From Myxococcota bacterium (GTDB lineage Bacteria > Myxococcota_A > Polyangia > Nannocystales > Nannocystaceae): 64,000 nucleotides of DNA. The notes under the pieces are model-generated. The model was not told where the DNA came from, made no database searches, and was given only the letters and a program-made list of their open reading frames with translations. A program made the translations under genes and the position numbers. Location: assembly GCA_039028615.1 (NCBI GenBank), contig JBCCHT010000028.1, positions 96,001-160,000 on the forward strand. Reading direction: 5' to 3'. Positions within the stretch are counted from its first letter, which is position 1; each line of letters opens with the position of its first letter. Below are positions 8,314 through 21,879 of the stretch, piece by piece.

Positions 8314-11241
8314 ATGGAGGAACGAGAGCGTTCGACGAGCGGACCTGCGGAGCCGCCCTCGTCGGCGGTCGACAGCGATCTGGGCGATCGGCTGCTCAAA
8401 GGCAGGATCTACGAGCAGCTCTTTCCGTCCGTGCCCGCGCCTTCCCGCCGACTGGGGCGGTTCACGCTGCTGCGCGAGCTCGGGCGCGGCGGCATGGGCG
8501 TGGTGTTCGCCGCGTACGACGAGCAGCTCGATCGCAGGGTGGCGATCAAGCTGCTGCACGCCGACGCCTCGCGGGACGAGGCGGCGCGGGGGCGACTGCT
8601 GCGAGAGGCGCAGGCGCTGGCTCGGCTCTCGCATCCCAACGTGGTGCAGGTCCACGAGTCGGGGGTGCTGGACGATCGGGTGTGCCTGGTCATGGAGTTC
8701 GTGCCCGGGCAGACCTTGCGTGCGTGGCTGGACGACGTGGCGCCGCAGGGGCGCGACCGATGGCGAGCGGTGCTCGAGGTCATGGTGGCGGCGGGTGAAG
8801 GGCTCGCCGCGGCCCACGAAGCCGGGTTGCTGCATCGAGACTTCAAGCCGGACAACGTGCTGGTCGGCGACGATCGACGGGTACGGGTCGCCGATTTCGG
8901 GTTGGCCGCCGAAGGGGGCCAAGACACCACCGATGACGGCCACCGCCGCGCGAGCCCGACCTCGGACACCGAGGGTCAGACCCCGCGGCCCCTCGAGCGA
9001 CTGACCCGGACCGGCGCCGCGGTGGGCACCGCCGTATACATGCCGCTCGAGCAGCTCCACGACCAGCCGCTCGATGCTCGGAGCGACCAGTTCAGCTTCT
9101 GCGTCACGCTGTACGAAGCCCTGTTCGGCGAGCGCCCCTTCGCCGCGCCATCGAGGGCCGCGCTCATCGCCTCGCTGGACAATGGCGAGCCTCGTGTGCC
9201 CACCGGGGCGAGCACCGTGCCTCGATGGCTGCGCCGCGTGCTGTGGCGAGGACTGTCCAAAGACCCGGCGCAGCGATTCGACGGCATGCCCGCGCTGCTG
9301 TCCGCGTTGACCCGGCCGCTCCGCACCCGACGGCTCGGGTTGATCTCGGCGACGGTGTTGGTCGCCGTCGGGGTCGGGCTGGGAGCGGGGCTCACCCGCG
9401 GTCAGCCATCCGCCGTAGCGCCCCCCGAGCCGTGCCTGGAGTCGGGTCGAGCGATGGACGAGACCTGGAGCGACCGTGCGCGAAGCAAGGTGCGCGAGGC
9501 TCTGACCCCGGCCGCCGCTCGCTTCACCACCGCGGCGCTCGACGAGTGGGCCGAGGGATGGCGAGACACCAGTCGTACCGCGTGCGAGCAGGTGCATGTC
9601 GAGCAGACCGCGTCCACCGAGAGCCTCGACCGGCGAGGGCGATGCTTGGACGAACACCGCCATCGGTTGGCCAGCGTGCTGCGCGTGCTCGAAATGCAGG
9701 CTCCGACGGGCCCGACGGTGGTCAGCGCACTCGCCGTGCTCGATGACCCCGCCGATTGCTTGCTGGACCAGGCGGACCCGCTCGCCGGCCTCGACGAGGA
9801 ACAACGCCGATTGCATCGGCAGCTCTCCGACCGACTCGTGGAGCTCGACCTCGTGCAGAGCGGACGCAGCGTGGCCGCCCGGCGGGCGCAGGTCCTCGAG
9901 GTGTACGAGCAGGCGAAGGTTCGAGAGCTGGGCGTGGTGCAAGCCGAGGCGGCATACTTCCTCGGTCGGCTCGCCGCCTTGTCGGCCGATCTCCGCGACA
10001 CCCAGCGCTGGCTCGGCGAAGCCATCGATCGCAGCGAAGCGCTTGGACTCGATCCTCTACGGACGCGGGCCTGGCTGTTGTCGGCCGAGACCAGCTTGTT
10101 TCTCGAACTACAACCCTCGCGCGCCGAGTGGATCTGGCAACGCGTCGAGGGGCAAGCCGAACGCCTCCCTCACCCCCATGTGCAACACGCCCAGGTGGCC
10201 ATGTCGGCGGCTCGCATCGATCTGGAGGGAGGACGGCTCGACCGCGCCGAGGAGCAGCTTCGGCGAGCCCACCGAGAGCTGGAGCCGCTGGGCCGCACCG
10301 CGAGCCGCCACCGCGCGACCGCCCTCTCGCTGCAAGCCTTGGTCGCCGATCGCAAGGGCCAGCGAGACCTCGCAGTCGAGCTCACCCGCAAGGCGCGACA
10401 GCTCGAGCTGCTCGACCCCACCGCGCCCCACGGCGGCGCCATGATGGGCACCGAGCGCTTCCAAGAAGGCATGGCGCTGCTCCAGAACGGAGATCTCGAC
10501 GGCGCACGCACAACCCTCACCAAGGCGCGCCACGAGCTCGAACGCGAGCTGCCCGGCAGTCGACGACTCGCCCAAACGCTCGTGGCCCTGTCCGCCGTGT
10601 CCGATGCCGTGGGTGAATTCGAAGCGGCCCGACATCATGCCGAGGCCGCCGACGTCATCATCCGTCGGCTCGGAGGCGCGACCGATCCCGAGCGAGTGGA
10701 GGCACTGTCGGCGCGAGGCGTGGCCGCGTTCCGCCAGGCGCACCATGACGACGCGGCCCAGAGCTTCGAACTCGCGCTCCAGATCGCCGAGTCCATCCCC
10801 GAGCCAGACGCGACCGAGGTGGCGTTCCATGCCATCAACCTCGCGGAGGCCGAGCAAGCACGGGGTCGGCAACGGGCCGCCGAGCGATTGCTGCAAGACG
10901 CGGTCGCGACCCTCGAGCACCAGCTGGGCCCCGAGCATCCCGACCTCGCACTCCCGTACAAGGTGCGAGGTGCCGTCGGGCTCGCGCAGGGCCAGCTGGA
11001 GCCCGCCGACCACGACCTCCGCCGCGCCCTGACGCTGTACGAGCAGACGAACCAAAGCCCGGTGGAGACGGCCGAGACGCGGTGGCTGCACGTGCAAGTG
11101 CTGGAGCAGCTCGGCCGACTCGACGAGGCCCGCACCGCGGCCCAGCGCACCGCCGCCGCCTACGAAGCCCTCGGGCCCGAGATGAGCCCGCGCCTGAGCA
11201 CGGTGAAGGCATGGCTCGACCGACAGGAGACACGACCATGA
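8314..11241 (+). CDS. Membrane Ser/Thr protein kinase with C-terminal TPR region
   Basis: LGRGGMG, VAIK, HPNVV, HRDFKPDN, DFG, GTAVYMPLEQ, SDQFSF; transmembrane segment LISATVLVAVGVGLG; TPR-like helices (LGPEHPDLA). Confidence 0.92.
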   Translation: MEERERSTSGPAEPPSSAVDSDLGDRLLKGRIYEQLFPSVPAPSRRLGRFTLLRELGRGGMGVVFAAYDEQLDRRVAIKLLHADASRDEAARGRLLREAQALARLSHPNVVQVHESGVLDDRVCLVMEFVPGQTLRAWLDDVAPQGRDRWRAVLEVMVAAGEGLAAAHEAGLLHRDFKPDNVLVGDDRRVRVADFGLAAEGGQDTTDDGHRRASPTSDTEGQTPRPLERLTRTGAAVGTAVYMPLEQLHDQPLDARSDQFSFCVTLYEALFGERPFAAPSRAALIASLDNGEPRVPTGASTVPRWLRRVLWRGLSKDPAQRFDGMPALLSALTRPLRTRRLGLISATVLVAVGVGLGAGLTRGQPSAVAPPEPCLESGRAMDETWSDRARSKVREALTPAAARFTTAALDEWAEGWRDTSRTACEQVHVEQTASTESLDRRGRCLDEHRHRLASVLRVLEMQAPTGPTVVSALAVLDDPADCLLDQADPLAGLDEEQRRLHRQLSDRLVELDLVQSGRSVAARRAQVLEVYEQAKVRELGVVQAEAAYFLGRLAALSADLRDTQRWLGEAIDRSEALGLDPLRTRAWLLSAETSLFLELQPSRAEWIWQRVEGQAERLPHPHVQHAQVAMSAARIDLEGGRLDRAEEQLRRAHRELEPLGRTASRHRATALSLQALVADRKGQRDLAVELTRKARQLELLDPTAPHGGAMMGTERFQEGMALLQNGDLDGARTTLTKARHELERELPGSRRLAQTLVALSAVSDAVGEFEAARHHAEAADVIIRRLGGATDPERVEALSARGVAAFRQAHHDDAAQSFELALQIAESIPEPDATEVAFHAINLAEAEQARGRQRAAERLLQDAVATLEHQLGPEHPDLALPYKVRGAVGLAQGQLEPADHDLRRALTLYEQTNQSPVETAETRWLHVQVLEQLGRLDEARTAAQRTAAAYEALGPEMSPRLSTVKAWLDRQETRP

Positions 11242-12401
11242 CGACCTCGAACATCTACGCCCCCACCCCCGATCACTACGTTGCCGCCCACGTCATCGCC
11301 ACGGCCTCGGGCGGCGTCAATGCCCTCGAAATCGTCCCAGACAACGCGTGGGCCAACGGCACCTTTCCCGTGCGCCTGTTCGCGCTCAAGGTGGAAAACA
11401 AAACCAGCGCCGCCGTGAACCCGCTGAAGATCGAGCTCGAGACCTTGGATTCGGGGGGCAATGTGATCGACCGGGCGGACGTGGACGTCTATTACAACCG
11501 CCTCGAGTTCGATGGGCACCCGCTGCACTACGGCGCCTGGATCTTCGTGGCCAAGCACGCCCGTCGGGTGAAGATCCGTGCCAGCCGGGACGGGTTCACC
11601 GCGGCCGAGACCGTGCTCGCGCTGAACATGCAAGCGGACCTCGTGCAGATCAACGCCAACGGTAAGGCTTCGGCCAAGTCACAACAGAACTTCCAGGGAG
11701 GCACACCGACCATCGAGACCGGCTACGTCTACGCGCAAGGGGGCTCCATCCGAGTGTCGAACAACAACGACGCAACCTGCTACGCGTGGAAGAGCGACGA
11801 CGGCCAGAGTTGGTCCCTCGTGAGCGGTTGGAGCATCGACTACAACGAAACCAAGAGCCTCCAGACACACAACGGCTCGCAGACGATCACGCGGTTTCAG
11901 CTCTCGGAGTCCAACACGACCGCACCATCGCCCAACGGTCGAATCTTCCACGTCTACGACTCCGATGGCGACCAGGTCACGGTGTTCGAGGACCCTGCCT
12001 CCGGGAAGCTCATGAGTGCGCCCTATGCCGTGACGCCCAGCGCCTATCCGACCGCGGAACAAAACGGCCGCGGTGTCATCGAGATGCTGAAGCACGGGGG
12101 AGTCCAGTCCACGATCAAGGCATGGAGCGCGGGCATTGGCTCCGGTCCGCAGGCTCCGTGGGACCCGGCGCTGCCCTCGAGCGCCACCGATCCGAACCAT
12201 GGCCCCAAGACGGTGACGCCCACGCCCACGCCCACGCCTTTGGTCGTGCCCTTCACCACGCAGGTCACCAACGCCGACAACACGGTGTCCGATTTCGTCT
12301 GCCAGCCCGCCATTCACTGGGATCACAACGACGACCCCAAGGTCATCATCCGTCAGAAGAACTTCGCGTCGAAGCCGACCTCGCGTCGCGGCGGGGACTG
12401 A
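11238..12401 (+). CDS. Hypothetical 387-aa beta-rich protein translationally coupled to the kinase
   Basis: ATGA overlap with the kinase stop and AGGAG RBS; N/S/T/G-rich, no signal peptide; ends DDPKVIIRQKNF. Confidence 0.75.
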   Translation: MTTSNIYAPTPDHYVAAHVIATASGGVNALEIVPDNAWANGTFPVRLFALKVENKTSAAVNPLKIELETLDSGGNVIDRADVDVYYNRLEFDGHPLHYGAWIFVAKHARRVKIRASRDGFTAAETVLALNMQADLVQINANGKASAKSQQNFQGGTPTIETGYVYAQGGSIRVSNNNDATCYAWKSDDGQSWSLVSGWSIDYNETKSLQTHNGSQTITRFQLSESNTTAPSPNGRIFHVYDSDGDQVTVFEDPASGKLMSAPYAVTPSAYPTAEQNGRGVIEMLKHGGVQSTIKAWSAGIGSGPQAPWDPALPSSATDPNHGPKTVTPTPTPTPLVVPFTTQVTNADNTVSDFVCQPAIHWDHNDDPKVIIRQKNFASKPTSRRGGD

Positions 12402-12414
12402 GCGGCGCCTCACC

Positions 12415-12439
12415 GCGAGCGGGGTTGAAACCCGCTCGC
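12415..12439 (+). terminator. GC-rich hairpin after the kinase-orphan pair
   Basis: GCGAGCGGG-GTTGAAA-CCCGCTCGC; no U-tract. Confidence 0.4.
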
Positions 12440-12461
12440 ACGGCGTGCCAGGGTCGCCGGG

Positions 12462-13670
12462 ATGGACTCCATGCCTCAGGCGCTCGAGGGTTTGCGGGTA
12501 CTCGAACTGGGGCAGCTCCTCGCAGGACCCTTCGCGGGCTTTCTGCTCGGCGGTTTCGGGGCCGAGGTCATCAAGGTCGAGGCGCCCGGGGTCGGAGACC
12601 CGATTCGGAAGTGGCGCAAGCTGGACGAGGACGGGACCTCCCTGTGGTGGCGAAGCCTGGCCCGAGGCAAGCGCAGCATCACCTGTGACCTGCGGCAGGA
12701 GGCCGGCCGAGCGCTGATCCGCAAGGTCATCGCCGACGGCGTGGACATCGTCATCGAGAACTTCCGCCCCGGTCGCATGGAGGCATGGGGGCTCGGCTAC
12801 GAGGACCTGCGCGCGATCGATCCGCGGATCATCATGGTGCGAGTGTCGGGCTACGGGCAGACGGGGCCCTATCGGCAGCGGCCGGGGTTCGCCAACGTGG
12901 CCGAGGCCTTCGGCGGGCTGCGCTACGTCAGCGGCTATCCCGATCGCCCTCCCGTGCGCACGGGCGCGAGCCTCGGCGACTCGCTCGCCGGCCTGCATGC
13001 CGCCTACGCCACGCTCGCCGCCGTCCACGAGCGAGACGCCAAGGGCAGCGGACTCGGACAAGAGATCGACGTCGCCCTCTACGAGTCGGTGCTCTCGGTG
13101 ATGGAGAGCTTGATCCCCGAGTACGACCGGCTCGGCCACGTTCGGGAGCGAACCGGCTCGAGCTTGCCGGGCATCGTGCCCAGCAACACCTATCGCTGTC
13201 GCGACGATCGCCATGTCGTGATCGGAGCCAACAGCGACGGGCTCTACCAAAAGCTCATGCGTGCCATCGGGCGACCGGACCTGGCCGACGATCCCCGCAT
13301 GACGCACAACGACGGGCGCGCCCGCCATGCCAAGGAGCTCGACGGCGCTATCGAGGCGTGGACGACTCGCCACGATCAGCCGCACGTGCTCCAGGCCCTC
13401 GTCGACGCGGACATCCCCAGCGGGCCCATCAACAGCGCGGCCGACCTCTTCGACGACCCGCACGTGCAGGCCCGCGGCATGCTGGAGCCGATCACGCTGC
13501 CCGACGGTTCGACGCTCAAGGTGCCGAAGATCGTGCCCATGCTGTCGCGCACGCCCGCCCAGAGTCACTTCGCGGGGCCCGACTTGGGCGCGCACAACGA
13601 AGAGGTCTACGGGCGACTCGGGCTGCAGGCCGAGGACCTCGAGCGACTGCGTGCCGACGGCGTGATCTGA
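12462..13670 (+). CDS. CaiB/BaiF family III CoA-transferase
   Basis: LEGLRVLELG, AGPFA, GAEVIKVE, ENFRPG, SGYGQTGPY, PDLGAHN. Confidence 0.95.
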   Translation: MDSMPQALEGLRVLELGQLLAGPFAGFLLGGFGAEVIKVEAPGVGDPIRKWRKLDEDGTSLWWRSLARGKRSITCDLRQEAGRALIRKVIADGVDIVIENFRPGRMEAWGLGYEDLRAIDPRIIMVRVSGYGQTGPYRQRPGFANVAEAFGGLRYVSGYPDRPPVRTGASLGDSLAGLHAAYATLAAVHERDAKGSGLGQEIDVALYESVLSVMESLIPEYDRLGHVRERTGSSLPGIVPSNTYRCRDDRHVVIGANSDGLYQKLMRAIGRPDLADDPRMTHNDGRARHAKELDGAIEAWTTRHDQPHVLQALVDADIPSGPINSAADLFDDPHVQARGMLEPITLPDGSTLKVPKIVPMLSRTPAQSHFAGPDLGAHNEEVYGRLGLQAEDLERLRADGVI

Positions 13671-13689
13671 GCCCGAAGTCCGATCGCAA

Positions 13690-13757
13690 GACGCTCCCGA
13701 GTCGAGGCCTGACCTCGACATCGAGAGCGTCCTCGGCTCGGCATCAATGACCGAGCC
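13690..13757. terminator. Two tandem hairpins between convergent genes
   Basis: GACGCTC..GTCGAGG/CCTCGAC..GAGCGTC (13690-13731) and GGCTCGG/CCGAGCC (13735-13757). Confidence 0.35.
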
Positions 13758-13775
13758 CGGGGCAACACGAGTGAC

Positions 13776-14405
13776 TCAGCCGCCGCCCGGCATCCCACCG
13801 CCGCCGCCGGGATCGGGATCGGGACCCGGTCCGGGCGGCTCCTTCTCGGCACAGGTCTCCCCGAACGTCATGCTCTGCGCGGCACAGACCCCGCCCGGAG
13901 TGAACGCGGTCTCGAGCTCCATGCAGGTCAGCCCGCTGGCGCACGCCATGAGGTCCTCGTACAGGTCGCTGCACATGGGGTCGACGTTCAGGTCGAGGTC
14001 CATGAGGTAGGAGTCGCAGTAGGCCTGGAGCGCTGCTTCTTCCGAGGGCGGAACCTTGAAGCAAGTCACCATGATGTTCGCGTAGATCTCACACGCCATG
14101 GAGCCGCCGCCACCGCCCGAGCTGGAACTCTCACCCTCCGAGTCGCCCGTGGTGTCGTCGCCGGTCGTGTCGGCCTCGGTGGTCGCGACGTCGGTGGTCG
14201 CCCCTTCGGTGGTCTCGCCGCCGTCGGTGGTCGCCAGATCGGTCGTCGCCACCTCCGTGGTGGCCACCTCCGTGGTGCCCTCGCCACCGGTCGTGGTGTC
14301 GTCGTTGCCGCTGGTGCTGGTGGCACCGCTGTCGTCACCACATGCGGTCGCCAACGGGGCCAACGACAAGAGAAAGACTAGGTTCTGTGTTCGTGTGTGA
14401 TCCAT
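13776..14405 (-). CDS. Lipoprotein with Thr/Glu linker and Cys-rich helical domain (paralog B)
   Basis: LATAC-GDDS lipobox, TTE repeats, 8-Cys domain alignable with the neighbouring gene. Confidence 0.8.
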   Translation of the reverse strand: MDHTRTQNLVFLLSLAPLATACGDDSGATSTSGNDDTTTGGEGTTEVATTEVATTDLATTDGGETTEGATTDVATTEADTTGDDTTGDSEGESSSSGGGGGSMACEIYANIMVTCFKVPPSEEAALQAYCDSYLMDLDLNVDPMCSDLYEDLMACASGLTCMELETAFTPGGVCAAQSMTFGETCAEKEPPGPGPDPDPGGGGGMPGGG

Positions 14406-14511
14406 GGTTATTGCACTCAGCCAATCAACGCCGGGGCCGGCGAACGTGCTCTCGAGCCGCGTTCCCACCCTTGGCCCCGCTGAAACAGAAGCCCCGCGCG
14501 CGTGATCGAGA

Positions 14512-15093
14512 CTAGCGCTCGACCGCACCGTCTCCGCACAGGGTGTCGAACGTGTCGAACTCCTCGGCACACGGGCCTCCCTCGTCGCCGACCATCTGCG
14601 CCTCTTCGCAGGTGAGCGTCGACAGGCAGGCGATCGCGTCTTCCCACAGCATGCCGCAGGTGGGGTGCACTTCGGCCTCGAGCATCATGATGTACGACTC
14701 GCAGTAGGTCGCGATCTTGCCGACATAGGCCGGGTCCTCGCCGAGACAGTCGACCGCGATCTGAGCATAGACCTCGCACGCGCTCGGCATGCCCTCGCCC
14801 GAAGAGCTGGACGACTCCGCGCCCTCGGTGGTGTCGCCGCCCGTCGTGTCGCCGCCCGTCGTGTCGCCACCGGTCGCGGGCGCCCCCGACGAGCCCGACG
14901 TGGTGCCGCCCTCGGTCGCGACGTCGCCGGTCGTGGTGGTGCCGTCGGCGTTGCCGCTGGTGGTGCTGCCCGCTCCGCCCGTGCTGGTGTCGCTGGCCCC
15001 GGTGTCGGTGCCGCTGTCGTCGCCCGGGCAGCCCATGCCGAGGGGAGCCATGGCCAACAAAAAGAGTAGGTCTCGAGTATGATGATCGTTCAT
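14512..15093 (-). CDS. Lipoprotein with Thr/Gly linker and Cys-rich helical domain (paralog A)
   Basis: LGMGC-PGDDS lipobox; ACEVYA..C..YCESY..C..ACLSTLTC pattern shared with 13776-14405. Confidence 0.8.
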   Translation of the reverse strand: MNDHHTRDLLFLLAMAPLGMGCPGDDSGTDTGASDTSTGGAGSTTSGNADGTTTTGDVATEGGTTSGSSGAPATGGDTTGGDTTGGDTTEGAESSSSSGEGMPSACEVYAQIAVDCLGEDPAYVGKIATYCESYIMMLEAEVHPTCGMLWEDAIACLSTLTCEEAQMVGDEGGPCAEEFDTFDTLCGDGAVER

Positions 15094-15423
15094 GGGATCG
15101 AGGGCCCGGGAGTCTAGACCCGGGCGTCGCCGAGTGTCGGATCATTGCCGCCCGACAGGTCGTGGTCTCGAGCACACCCACCCGCATGCAGACAGTGCCC
15201 CTCGGCGGCCCAACGATCAGCCCCGCGACCGGAAATCTCTGCGGGTCAATCTGGACCGGCCGGGCCCGCGGTTCCTGCGACCGGGTTCAGACCGAGCGCC
15301 ACTCCGGTCTAGAGGCCTCCCAGCCCGATCTCCGCAAGTGGCGCCGCTTTCCGACGAGGGAAGCCGCGCATAATACGCCCAGCGAAATTCATTGCCCCAT
15401 GGGCAGAGTCGTGCGATATCCGT

Positions 15424-15443
15424 CTATCAAGATTCGCGGATAT
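15424..15443 (+). promoter_or_regulatory. Predicted SahR operator overlapping the start codon
   Basis: CTATCAAG-ATTC-GCGGATAT, a 20-bp imperfect palindrome resembling ATATCAA-N6-TTGATAT-type SahR sites (consensus recalled, not checked). Confidence 0.6.
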
Positions 15444-16392
15444 GAGCACCGATCCTCATGACCTCGACGAGGTCGTCGGCCTCCTGGCACTGCTGGCCGA
15501 TCCTACCCGACTTCGGCTGTTGTGCGTACTCGAAGGCGCCGAACTCAGCGTCGCGGAGCTGACCCGCATCACCGAGCTGCCGCAGTCTCGCGTGTCCACG
15601 CACCTGGGCAAGCTCCGCACGGCGGGCCTGGTCAAAGAGCATCGCGCGGGCAAGTCCACGCGCCTGACCGTCGATCGCCAGCGCCTGCCCGACACGCAGC
15701 GCGAGCTGTGGACCCTCGTGCGCGGGCGCACCGACGATCGTGTGCTCGCCTCCGACCGCGAGCGTCGCGACGCACTGCTCGAAGCGCGTGAGCACAAGGC
15801 GGGCTGGCCCGACGAGGTGGCGGGGCAGATGGAGCACCGCTACTCGCCCGGCCGCACCTGGGAAGCGAGCGCGCGCGGCCTGGTCGGCCTGCTGCGCTTG
15901 GGTGACGTGCTCGACGTGGGCTCGGGCGACGGCGTGCTCGCGACCTTGCTCGCGCCCCGGGCCAAGTCGGTCACCTGTCTCGACCGCAGCCCCCGGGTCA
16001 TCGAGGCCGCGACGGAGCGCCTGGCCCGGCTGCCCAACGTGCGCCCCTGCCAGGGCGACATGCACCAGCTCCCCTTCCCCGACGAGTCGTTCGACCAGGT
16101 CTTGCACTTCCACGCGCTGACCTACGCCGACGATCCGACCAGAGCGGTAGCCGAGGCCTTCCGCGTGCTGCGGGACGGCGGCGACCTGGTGCTCGTCACG
16201 CTGCACGAGCACGGGCATCCCGAAATCTCCTCCGTGTACGATCACGTCGCCGATGGCTTCGCGGTCCCCAGCCTCCGACGTCTCATCGAAGACGCCGGCT
16301 TCAGCGTGTCCTGCTGCGAGATCACCTCGCGCGAGCGCAAGAAGCCCTACTTCGAAGTTGTCTCCGTCTTTGCCCGCAAGCCGGGCGCCTGA
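15442..16392 (+). CDS. sahR: ArsR-family regulator fused to a SAM-binding methyltransferase domain (SahR-like)
   Basis: [10 protein letters not shown]...[11 protein letters not shown]rs[23 protein letters not shown] motif; directly upstream of metH. Confidence 0.85.
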   Translation: MSTDPHDLDEVVGLLALLADPTRLRLLCVLEGAELSVAELTRITELPQSRVSTHLGKLRTAGLVKEHRAGKSTRLTVDRQRLPDTQRELWTLVRGRTDDRVLASDRERRDALLEAREHKAGWPDEVAGQMEHRYSPGRTWEASARGLVGLLRLGDVLDVGSGDGVLATLLAPRAKSVTCLDRSPRVIEAATERLARLPNVRPCQGDMHQLPFPDESFDQVLHFHALTYADDPTRAVAEAFRVLRDGGDLVLVTLHEHGHPEISSVYDHVADGFAVPSLRRLIEDAGFSVSCCEITSRERKKPYFEVVSVFARKPGA

Positions 16393-16400
16393 GAGTCCCA

Positions 16401-20087
<3,687 letters not shown>

Positions 20088-20142
20088 AGCCGGTCGCGGC
20101 TCGTTCCCGGAGGCGCCCGCGCCCCACGGTGGCAATGCTACG

Positions 20143-20748
20143 GTGCGGCCGGTGCCGTCCGTCGTCTCCGTTCGTCTCTACCCGCTGGTCCTCGCCTTCG
20201 CGTGCACGACCACGGCCTGCGATGAGCCGTCGACCCTCGACCCCACGCCCCTCGAGTGGCCACGCACCGCCCAGTGCGAAGACCTCGAGATGTGGCCGGT
20301 CGCATCGAGCGAGCTCGAGGAGGCCACCGTCGACCTCATCGACGAGCTGCGAACAGAGGGCGCCGACTGTGGTGAAGGCGGAAAGTTCGGCCCCGCGGCG
20401 GCCTTGGTGCGGCACCCCGCTCTCGATTGCGCCGCCCGCTTTCATGCCCTCGACATGGTCGAGCAGGACTACATCGGTCGCTTCGATCCCGACGGGCTCG
20501 GCGAGGTCGATCGGGTCGAAGCGGCTGGCTATACGCCCGAGGTGTTGGTGCAGCACATCGCGGCAGGACCTCGCGACGCGCAAGAACTCGTGGAGCAGAC
20601 GTGGCTTCCTCGCGCGGTGCCATGCACGAACCTGGTGTCGTCCGAGGTCACGGCCATCGGTCTCGCCTACGTTGGCGGGCTCGATGACGAGCAGAGCACC
20701 CGGTGGGTGATGGTGCTGGCGGGTCCGGGCGAGTCGTCTTCGGGCTGA
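20143..20748 (+). CDS. CAP/SCP-domain lipoprotein 1
   Basis: Signal peptide with Cys, LIDELR, PALDCAARFHALDM, CTNLVS..IGLAY. Confidence 0.8.
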   Translation: MRPVPSVVSVRLYPLVLAFACTTTACDEPSTLDPTPLEWPRTAQCEDLEMWPVASSELEEATVDLIDELRTEGADCGEGGKFGPAAALVRHPALDCAARFHALDMVEQDYIGRFDPDGLGEVDRVEAAGYTPEVLVQHIAAGPRDAQELVEQTWLPRAVPCTNLVSSEVTAIGLAYVGGLDDEQSTRWVMVLAGPGESSSG

Positions 20749-20963
20749 CCCTCGGCCAATATTGCCGGCCATTTCCGCACCGCGTGCACTGGCGCACGAG
20801 CACTTTGTCGTAGTGCGCACCACGGTGAAGACACGCCGCCGCCGTCGCCTCGAATTCCGAGTAAGCGCGCTCGCGATCGCGGCGGCGCCGATTTCCTAGA
20901 AGGCCGATAATCATGCTCTAAACCATCAAATTCGGGCGAACAGTCTGTATATTGAACACGCCA

Positions 20964-21869
20964 ATGCCCCACCTCACGCCGCGTCCCACGGCGTCGCCCT
21001 CCCCTCGTGCGTCGCTTCCCGCCCACCCCTTCGGTCGACTGACTCGACTCGGCCTGATGCTCCTCGGCCTGAGTGTCGGCGGCTGCTACGACGGCCTGCC
21101 CGACTCCCCGGACACGAGTCCGTGGGGTGGTGACGATGCAGCCGACGATGCCGCGTCCGGAGACGGCGACGATGGCATGAACGACGACGGGCCCGCGGGC
21201 GACGGCGGTGCCGATGGAGACGACGGCGGCGATCCGGGAGACGGGGGCGACCCCGGTGACGGAGGCGACCCCGGCGATGGAGGTGACCCCGGAGACGGAG
21301 GCGACCCCGGTGACGGCGGCGATCCGGGCGACGGCGGTGACCCGGGGGACGGAGGCGACCCCGATGACGGCGGCGACGACTCGGGCGACCCCGCGTCCGA
21401 CGAGGTCCCCGACAACGAGTACTGCCAGGAAGTCGCCGACTACGATCCCGCGTGGTCGCAGCTCGAGCAGGACGTCCTCGACATCGTCAACGACGTCCGG
21501 GCCTCGGGCGCCAACTGTGGCTCCGAGGGCAGCTTCGGCTCCGCCCCACCGCTGACCATGAACCCCGCCCTTCGCTGTGCGGCCCGCAAGCACTCCAAGG
21601 ACATGAACGACCGCATGTTCTTCGACCACACCAACCCCTCGGGCGAGAGCCCGTGGGATCGCATGGGTCAAGCCGGCTACAGCTACAGCAACGCGGGCGA
21701 GAACATCGCGGGCGGCTCCCCCGACGCGGCCGGCACCATGGACCAGTGGATGGGCAGCGACGGTCACTGCGCCAACATCATGAATCCCGCCTTCGAGGAG
21801 ATCGGCGTGGGGTACTACCCCGGCGGGCAGTGGGGCCACCTGTGGACGCAGGTGTTCGGGACCCAGTAA
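20964..21869 (+). CDS. CAP/SCP-domain lipoprotein 2 with GDGGDP repeat linker
   Basis: SVGGC lipobox, LRCAARKHSKDM, GENIA, WMGSDGHCANIM, IGVG, WTQVFG. Confidence 0.9.
   Translation: MPHLTPRPTASPSPRASLPAHPFGRLTRLGLMLLGLSVGGCYDGLPDSPDTSPWGGDDAADDAASGDGDDGMNDDGPAGDGGADGDDGGDPGDGGDPGDGGDPGDGGDPGDGGDPGDGGDPGDGGDPGDGGDPDDGGDDSGDPASDEVPDNEYCQEVADYDPAWSQLEQDVLDIVNDVRASGANCGSEGSFGSAPPLTMNPALRCAARKHSKDMNDRMFFDHTNPSGESPWDRMGQAGYSYSNAGENIAGGSPDAAGTMDQWMGSDGHCANIMNPAFEEIGVGYYPGGQWGHLWTQVFGTQ
21219..21362 (+). repeat. Eight tandem 18-bp units encoding (G/D)DGGDP
   Basis: Read directly from the sequence; third codon positions vary between units. Confidence 0.9.
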
Positions 21870-21879
21870 CCTGCCCTTC

